64,000 nucleotides of DNA, taken from Dictyostelium discoideum (taxonomy: Eukaryota). Position numbers and translations under genes: made by a program. Each line of letters opens with the position of its first letter. The first letter of the stretch is position 1. The notes beneath the pieces are model-generated. The model was not told the DNA's origin. It saw only the letters and a list, made by a program, of their open reading frames with translations, and did not search any database. Shown here piece by piece: positions 56,888 to 64,000 of this stretch. The stretch is taken from the NCBI GenBank assembly GCA_000004695.1, contig CM000153.2, positions 1,920,001-1,984,000 of the forward strand. Direction: 5' to 3'.

Positions 56888-57235
56888 ATGATAATTAATA
56901 ATTATTTAATAATATTTGGATATTATACTTCAATAACTTTTTGGGTTATTTCAATTTTAATTTACATTTTAAAGATATTTAATGATGATTTTGGTACTTT
57001 CACCTCTTATGGAAAATTAAAATTTGGTTTAAATAGTAAAGAAAAAAAGGAAAATAAGAACAAAATTAATGATAATGAACAAAATTCTATAACTTCAATT
57101 TTAAATTTATTCTTTTTAGATAAAGAAATAATAGATACAAAACAAGCATGGATGCTTTTTTATACAGTTTTATTAGTTTTATCAAATTTATTCTTTTTTA
57201 TTTTATCGGAGTATTTATTTATTTTATTCATTCAT

Positions 57236-57282
<47 letters not shown>

Positions 57283-58185
57283 TCTATTATTTATTTATTT
57301 ATTTAAAAATAATAATTTCATATTAATATTTTAATTAAATTTTAGGGAAAATGATAAAAGTACATCAACACAAATTTTATTTATTTTATTTTTCATTCAA
57401 GCTGGGAGAAGATTATATGAAACTCATTTCATTCAAAAGCATAGAAAATCAGATATGAATTTATTATTATTTATTTCAGGTTTATGTTATTATATATTTT
57501 TAACATTATCAGCATTCACTGAAACAATTTATAAAATTAATCATTCAAAATCTGAAACTATATCAATTAATATTTTCAATTTATTATTATCACTTTTATT
57601 ATTTTCAATTGGTTCTTTTGAACAATTTAAATCACATGAAATTTTATCATTAATTAGAAGCAATAAAACAAATTTGTCCTCTTCCTCCACAACCAGAACC
57701 ACCACCACTACTAATAAAAATAAAACTAAAAATAATATTTTAAATAATATTATGGGTTTTGAAGTTGATGATAGTAGTGATGAAGATGATAATGATAATG
57801 ATAATATTCAAAATAAGAATTTTGATGATAAAATTGAATATAAAACAACACCTTCTACAAAATATGAAATACCAAACGGTAGATTATATCAATATGTATC
57901 ATCACCTCATTACTTATCAGAGATTTTAATTTATTTTTCTTTTTTGATTTTAACTAATTTCAAATTGAACTCTTTAATGTAAGTTTTTTTTTTTTTTTTT
58001 CCAAATTAAAAATATTACTTTTTTTACAATTTATTTACCAACCATTAAACATTTTCTATAGATTAAACTTTATTTTCACATCTCTAAATTTAATTCATAG
58101 ATCATTTCAAACTCACAAATGGTATAAATCAAAGTTTTCAAAATATCCAAAATCTAGAAAGGCTATTATTCCTTTTTTATTTTAA
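56888..58185 (+). CDS. Steroid-5-alpha-reductase-family membrane protein, most like polyprenol reductase (SRD5A3/Dfg10). Exons: 56888..57210, 57346..57978, 58062..58185.
   Basis: Family C-terminal signature split across the last two exons: NGRLYQYVSSPHYLSEILIYFSFLIL ... SLNLIHRSFQTHKWYKSKFSKYPKSRKAIIPFLF*. Multi-transmembrane N-terminus. Intron 1 uses a weaker GTATTT donor (57211) and contains an (ATTT)n repeat. Intron 2 runs from donor GTAAGT (57979) to acceptor AG (58060-61). Phases are consistent (2+1; 2+1). Confidence 0.6.
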
Positions 58186-59110
58186 ATAAATTAAAAAAAA
58201 AACCATATGGTGCTTGTAAAAAATACATATATGAAAGGAAATTCTTTAATTCTGTCTTATTATAATTTATTCCATTTTTTAAGATTTATTAAGTTTGGAT
58301 ATTCTTTTTTTTTTTTCTTTTTTTTTCATTTTATTTTATTTTTTTTTTTTTTACCATGAATTGATTTATTTTTAATATTAAAAATAAAAAATAGATCACC
58401 CAAAAATACACAAAATGATATATAAATAAAAATATTTTTTTTTTTTTTTTTTTTTTTTTTAAAGCGTCAGATTTGGTTTTTATTAAAAGTTTTTTCTTTT
58501 TTTATTTTAATTTTTTTTATTTTTTTCAAAAACAAACACACACAGAAATTAAATGTAATAATGGATAAATATAAATCAATAAATGAAAAATTAGATATAA
58601 AAATTGAAGAAGATGAAGAAAATGATATAGGTTTTAAAGAAGAAAGATATAATAGTCAACAAGAAGATGAACAATTAAAAAAAGATCTCACAATTTGTGA
58701 AAGGTTTGGTGTAGATAGTTGTCTCATTTCAAGAATTATCATTTTCGTTGTTATTTTTTCATGGATTATCTTTATATTTTACATATCATTATTTGAATAA
58801 TAGAAACATCAAACAAACCATTTTAATTAAAACTAGAATAGTCAAAGTTAATAAGGAAATCAATTTCACCACCCCCCAATTAACACCTTCTATAAATTAT
58901 TTAATCACTGCTATTATGTAAATAAATATAATACATAAACAAATATAAATATAAATAATAAATTATTTACCTTCAATATTTATAATATAATATCGAATAG
59001 GAATAAATAATTAATTTATAAATTATTATATTCATTTAAAAATAAATAAATAAATAAATAAATAAAATTTTACAAAGTTATATTTGTTTTTTTTTTATTT
59101 ATTTTATTAC

Positions 59111-60534
59111 TTAATCAAAAGAAATAAACTTTTTTGTTCTATTTTTTCTTTTTTTAATAACTGTAATGAAAGCTAATACAATTAGGCATATACTTGATAA
59201 AGTAACAATTGGTATGAAAAATTTTAACCATGATTTACTATTGGATTTCTTTTGAACAATATTATTATTATTGACTTGATTGGAATAAATAAAGGATTTA
59301 GAATTAATAGGTGCATTTAAAAATTCAAATTCTTCACTTTGATCAGTGCCATGATAAACAGCATAAGCACTATCAATATTTTTAGCAATCTTTTCATTGA
59401 TTTTACTTTCGAGAAGAATTTCTTTTGATTTCTTTTTTAAAATGTCATAAATTGTTATTGTACCTTCTTGACTGGTGTAAAACATTAAATACCTTGTGTT
59501 TTCACTCTTTATATAAAATGTTGGTTGATAAACTCCTGAATGAATTAATGTTTTTTCTTTACTTTTTAAATCAACTGTGTAAATACCGAAATCTCCTGAA
59601 ATTCTATCAGAACCAGAAATAACGAAAATATCTTGATATTGGGTAATATAAGTTGTATAGAAATATAATTCTGAATCGAATGGTATTGATTTTATATTTT
59701 TATCAGTACAATTAAATTGAATGATAAATTGATTTTGGTAATAATCTTTTACGAAACCATAATAGATATTTGTGATTTTATTATGACATGATTTAAATGA
59801 TTGCACCTCTTCAATACCACCAAATACATAAATATTTTTATCAATGTAATTAATTATTTCTTTAAAATCTGGTTTCTTTTTTTTATTTTCATTTGTCCAC
59901 ATTTCATTTATTGGAATTGATTGTTCAAATCCAGACTCTTCAATAAATGAAATTCCAAATGGTCTAATAAATTGAGAATATTCATTTGAACTTTGGTATG
60001 TCATACCAATAACATTATATTTATATTCATTATAATAAATCATTGATGGATTTGCAATATATGAATTTTTAACATCCTTTAAATCATTATAAATATTGAA
60101 TTCTTCATTCTTTTCGAAATTTAATGAAATTTTATTTTTCATTCCCCAAATTGATCCTATTGTGGTTAACTTTAAAAAGAAAAAAAAATGAAAAAAATAA
60201 AATAAAATTAATTAATATCATTGATGATTGAATTATTATTAATAAATTATATATATACCGAAAAGTTTGATTTTGCCATAATTATTTCATTTGGAATTTT
60301 ATCATTTTTATTAAAATTAATTTCATTGAAATGAATAATATCTGTTGAACTTTCATTTAAAAGTATTCCAAACAATGTCCCACCATTTAAAAAATAACAA
60401 ATATTTGGTTCATTGATTTGTGAGTTCTTTATAAATTTCATATCAGCAAGTTTAACTTTGCTTGAGTATGAATATCCATTTATTAATATAAATGAAAAAA
60501 TTAATAATAATAAACAAATAAAAATTATTTTCAT
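59111..60534 (-). CDS. Predicted type I membrane glycoprotein (signal peptide, about 400-aa ectodomain, one C-terminal transmembrane segment, short basic tail). Two exons: 60534..60259 and 60169..59111.
   Basis: Signal peptide MKIIFICLLLLIFSFILING. C-terminal transmembrane segment WLKFFIPIVTLSSICLIVLAFITVI followed by KKRKNRTKKF. Donor GTATAT at 60258, acceptor AG at 60171-70, phase 0. No family assigned. Confidence 0.5.
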
Positions 60535-60983
60535 TCTAAATATACATTAGTATAATACTTCTAAATTTATATTTTAACGATAAAAATAATAATAACATAG
60601 CAATACATTATTTATTGTTTTTAAAAATAATAAAAAATAATTGGGTGTGTGGTTATTTTATTTTTTATTTCTTTTTCAAACCCACACTTCCAAATTGTTT
60701 TTTTTATTATTCAAATTTAAAAAATCATTTCAGCAAAACAAAAAATTCTAACAACATTTTGGTATGATTACCCTTTCATTAAAAAAAAGAACCACCATTT
60801 TAAGATCTCAGATTACTAAAAAATAATTAAAAAAAAAAATGGAATAAAAACAAAATAACTAAATAATTAAAATTTATTTACATAAAAAAAAAACCATTAA
60901 AATTTTCAAAGTAAATATTAAATGAAGTATTCTATATATTTTTATTTATTAAGATTTCTAAAGATTGAAACTAATATAAACTG

Positions 60984-61014
<31 letters not shown>

Positions 61015-61058
61015 ATTATATTAAAAATACTTGAAAATGGTTTTTAATTTATAAAAAA

Positions 61059-61922
61059 CTAATAATCAGTTGAAATTGATAATTCTGACCATTTTTCAGC
61101 TTCTAATAAATGAGATTCTAATTGTTTTTTTGCTGCTGTTAATGAATCTGTTCCTAAAAATAAATTATTTGGTAATTTATCAGTGGTAGATAATTTAATT
61201 AACAGATCAGCAGCTTTTTCTGGATTACCTCTTGATAATGGGGAATATTTATTAAATAATTCAATTAATGAATTTGTTTTATACTCTTCAATAAATGAGG
61301 ATGGAATTTGGAAATTTGATTGTTGACCAACAACAAAACCAGTTCTAAATCCACCTGGACTTACTAAAATTACATTAACATTAAATGGTTTCAATTCTTT
61401 TTGAATTGATAATGTTATTGAATTCACAGCATGTTTAGTAGAACTGTATGCTGAATAATTTTCCATATTATCCCAACCCATTTGTGATGAAATATTAATG
61501 ATGGTACCAGATCTTTGATTTCTAAAATATGGTGTAGTATGTCTAAGAAGATGTAAAACACCAAATACATTTACATCATAAATCTTTCTAAATTCTAAAT
61601 CGGTCAATTCTTCAATTGAACCAACTAAACCATACCCAGCATTATTAACAAGTACATCAATTTTACCAAATTTTTCAACAGTTTTTTTAACAGCATTCTT
61701 TACAGATTCATCATTTGTTATATCGGTTTTAACAATTAATAAATTACCATTTTCAAAATTAATTTGTTTTACTTGATTTTCAATTTCTTCAGGTTTACGA
61801 GTTAATGCTGAAACTTTAAAACCATTTTTTAATAATTTTTTAACCAATTCTAAACCAATTCCACTTGATGTTCCAGTAACAATCCAAGTTTTATTGGTAT
61901 TATTATTTTCAATTGATTCCAT
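61059..61922 (-). CDS. Short-chain dehydrogenase/reductase (SDR) family oxidoreductase, 287 aa, single exon.
   Basis: Cofactor motif WIVTGTSSGIGLEL (TGxxxGxG). NNAG motif VLVNNAGYG. Catalytic S...YxxxK: ISSQMG...YSAYSSTKHAVNS. Confidence 0.8.
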   Translation of the reverse strand: MESIENNNTNKTWIVTGTSSGIGLELVKKLLKNGFKVSALTRKPEEIENQVKQINFENGNLLIVKTDITNDESVKNAVKKTVEKFGKIDVLVNNAGYGLVGSIEELTDLEFRKIYDVNVFGVLHLLRHTTPYFRNQRSGTIINISSQMGWDNMENYSAYSSTKHAVNSITLSIQKELKPFNVNVILVSPGGFRTGFVVGQQSNFQIPSSFIEEYKTNSLIELFNKYSPLSRGNPEKAADLLIKLSTTDKLPNNLFLGTDSLTAAKKQLESHLLEAEKWSELSISTDY

Positions 61923-62295
61923 TTTTTTTTTTTTAATTTGAAATAAATATAATAATTTATTGTTTTTTTTTTTTTTTAATATTTAATTATTTGTTTTGTT
62001 TATTTGTTGATATTTAATTTAAAAAAAAAAATTTGGTTTAAATAGGGTTTTTTTTTTTTTTTTTTAATCCTTTACAACAAATCATTTTGAACATCCTTTA
62101 TTTAAATAAAATCAGTCCAACTTCTGATATTTTAAAAGTGTTCGAATATTTATTAAAAATATCAGAAGATGACGATAAAATAAAAAAGAAAAAAAAAAAA
62201 ATTAAATTTCTGACTTTTTTTAGACGTGGGATTTCCAATAGATTTGATAGAAAAAAAAAAAAAATTTTAAAACCTTGGACTTTATCGATTATTTG

Positions 62296-62330
<35 letters not shown>

Positions 62331-62428
62331 ATAATAAAATTTGGGTGTATACTTAAAAGTGAAAAACATTAAACCAAAACATATAATTCAAATAAAATTA
62401 AAAATAAAATAGATGTTTTTGAGTTTGG

Positions 62429-62464
<36 letters not shown>

Positions 62465-62533
62465 ATTTGTTTGAAAAAAAATAAAAAAATAAAAAAAATA
62501 AAAAAGAAAATTAATTATCATATTATTATTCTT

Positions 62534-62568
<35 letters not shown>

Positions 62569-63104
62569 ATTAAACAATAAACATTTCCTAAAATCAAAAA
62601 AAAAAAAATCTTTAAGATGGTTTGATGTTAAAAAAAAAAAAAAATATAAAAAAATAAAAAAAAATAAAAAATTTAAAAAATTTAAAAAAAATGATCGGTA
62701 TTATATTATAATGCCGAATAATATAATACCAACCTCGACAATAATTAAATTTAAATTATTTTTAAATTATTTTTAAATTAATATAATTAAAAATAGAACA
62801 AGATATTTATGAAGTTGAAATTTCAATTTGTTATATATTAAAAATTTAATTTAACACACAAAAAATTTAAATTAATTAATGATACTTAAAAATGTTTATT
62901 TATTTTTTTAATATTATTAAAAAATTTTTTTTTTTTTTTTTTTTTTATTTGAAATATTGTTAATTGTGTTAAGCTATTATTAATGCGCTTTTTATTTATT
63001 ATTATTACTTTATTATTTGTAATTTTATTTTTTATTTTTTTTTTTATTTTTTTTTTAATACTACACAAAACGCGTTTATTTCTTTTTTTTAAAATTTATA
63101 TAAT

Positions 63105-63854
63105 TTATTGTGAAGATAATCTTTTAGCGGCATCTAAAGCGACTTCTAACATCTTAAAGGTACCTTGATGAACGACATCTCTGTTTGGTTCGTATTTTTC
63201 AGAGATTTCTCTTTCAAAGATATAGTTATCAATGTTTACACAAGCACCAGCTCTAATTCCTCTGAGGGAAGCGACGATGAATAAGATGGAGGCTTCCATT
63301 TCGATGGCTAAAACCTTTGAACGAGCCCATAATTTATTGTGGTTACCTAATGGACCATCGAAAAAGTGACCAACGGTTGTGATGATACCAACACCGTATT
63401 GCTCATTTGAGAGACCATTTGATTTAGCGGATTCGATGAGAGCACCAACAACTTCGTGATCAGAGATTGCTGGATAGCCAAGTGGGACCAAACCCTCGGA
63501 AACACCATCACTTCTGACGGCACCGGTTGCAATGACAAGACTACCCTCACGATAACGTGGATCGAATGAGCCTGCTGTACCTGCACGAATGATGGTTGTA
63601 ACACCTGCTTGAATTAACTCTTCGAAACAAACTGATGCACCACCACCACCAATACCATGTGACATAACTAACATTTCTGTATCTTTCCACATACCTTTAT
63701 AACAATGGAATTCTCTAACTGCGCATACTAATTCAGTGACCACAAAGTGTTTCTCTGATACTAATTTGGCTCTATTTGGATCACCAACTACAACACATAC
63801 TTTTGGTAATTTACCTATTGGTAATAAACAAATTGGTGTTACTTTAATTTCCAT
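63105..63854 (-). CDS. Purine nucleoside phosphorylase of the DeoD/hexameric type (PNP_UDP_1 family), 249 aa, single exon.
   Basis: VCVVVGDPNRAKLVSEKHF...YKGMWKDTEMLVMSHGIGGGGASVCFEELIQAGVTTIIRAGTAGSF is colinear with E. coli DeoD (GDPLRAKYIAE...[43 protein letters not shown]). Its length matches bacterial DeoD, not trimeric PNP or the longer uridine phosphorylases. Confidence 0.7.
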   Translation of the reverse strand: MEIKVTPICLLPIGKLPKVCVVVGDPNRAKLVSEKHFVVTELVCAVREFHCYKGMWKDTEMLVMSHGIGGGGASVCFEELIQAGVTTIIRAGTAGSFDPRYREGSLVIATGAVRSDGVSEGLVPLGYPAISDHEVVGALIESAKSNGLSNEQYGVGIITTVGHFFDGPLGNHNKLWARSKVLAIEMEASILFIVASLRGIRAGACVNIDNYIFEREISEKYEPNRDVVHQGTFKMLEVALDAAKRLSSQ

Positions 63855-64000
63855 TATATTGTTATATTTATATTGGTTGGTTGATGTGTGCTTCTGTTTG
63901 TGTTTTTGTATTATTTAATATTATATATGCGTATTTTTAAAATATCTAAATTTTTTAATTATTTAGAATAATGAATTTTGAAAAAAAAAAAAAAAAAAAA

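Noticed and set aside
58561-58800. 79-aa ORF ([21 protein letters not shown]...) with a hydrophobic C-terminus
   Set aside because: It could be a small tail-anchored protein, but it has no conserved motif and no splice or start-context support. The sequence alone is not enough to call it.
62087-63168. K-rich and F-rich short ORFs (62087.., 62471.., 62886.., 62983..)
   Set aside because: Intergenic homopolymer translation.

Overview
This window is nuclear genomic DNA of a social amoeba, almost certainly Dictyostelium discoideum or a very close relative. The evidence is about 78% A+T overall, homopolymer-rich intergenic DNA, poly-Asn and poly-Gln coding tracts built from AAT and CAA codons, and short AT-rich introns with GTAAGT/GTATGT donors and AG acceptors. 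It is not a prokaryotic window, so the answer is gene-structure reconstruction rather than operon or defence-island calling. I found about 25 protein-coding genes. Several are recognisable from conserved motifs: regA (response-regulator cAMP phosphodiesterase), filactin, the XPF nuclease, PSMC3/Rpt5, PHF5A, MED6, mitochondrial uL15, a syntaxin-6-like SNARE, and a FAN/LvsF-like BEACH protein. I reconstructed their exon-intron structures by hand and checked splice phases; several of these genes have first or last exons of only 13-43 nt that the ORF track misses. The ORF track's 'M' starts are often TTG or GTG codons (bacterial-style start calling), and many listed ORFs are antisense or low-complexity artefacts. 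The most unusual structural feature is a tandem three-copy array (about 15.9-24.1 kb) of class-I alpha-1,2-mannosidase (GH47) genes. Copy 2 has a premature stop. Copy 1 has a hugely expanded poly-Asn tract and a copy-specific intronic microsatellite. The array is followed by a roughly 1.5 kb patch of atypically GC-rich, repeat-bearing DNA that looks like a transposable-element remnant. A second ERCC4 (XPF/Mus81-type) nuclease-fold protein with a noncanonical SDF motif lies 40 kb from XPF. I found no rRNA, tRNA or CRISPR features.
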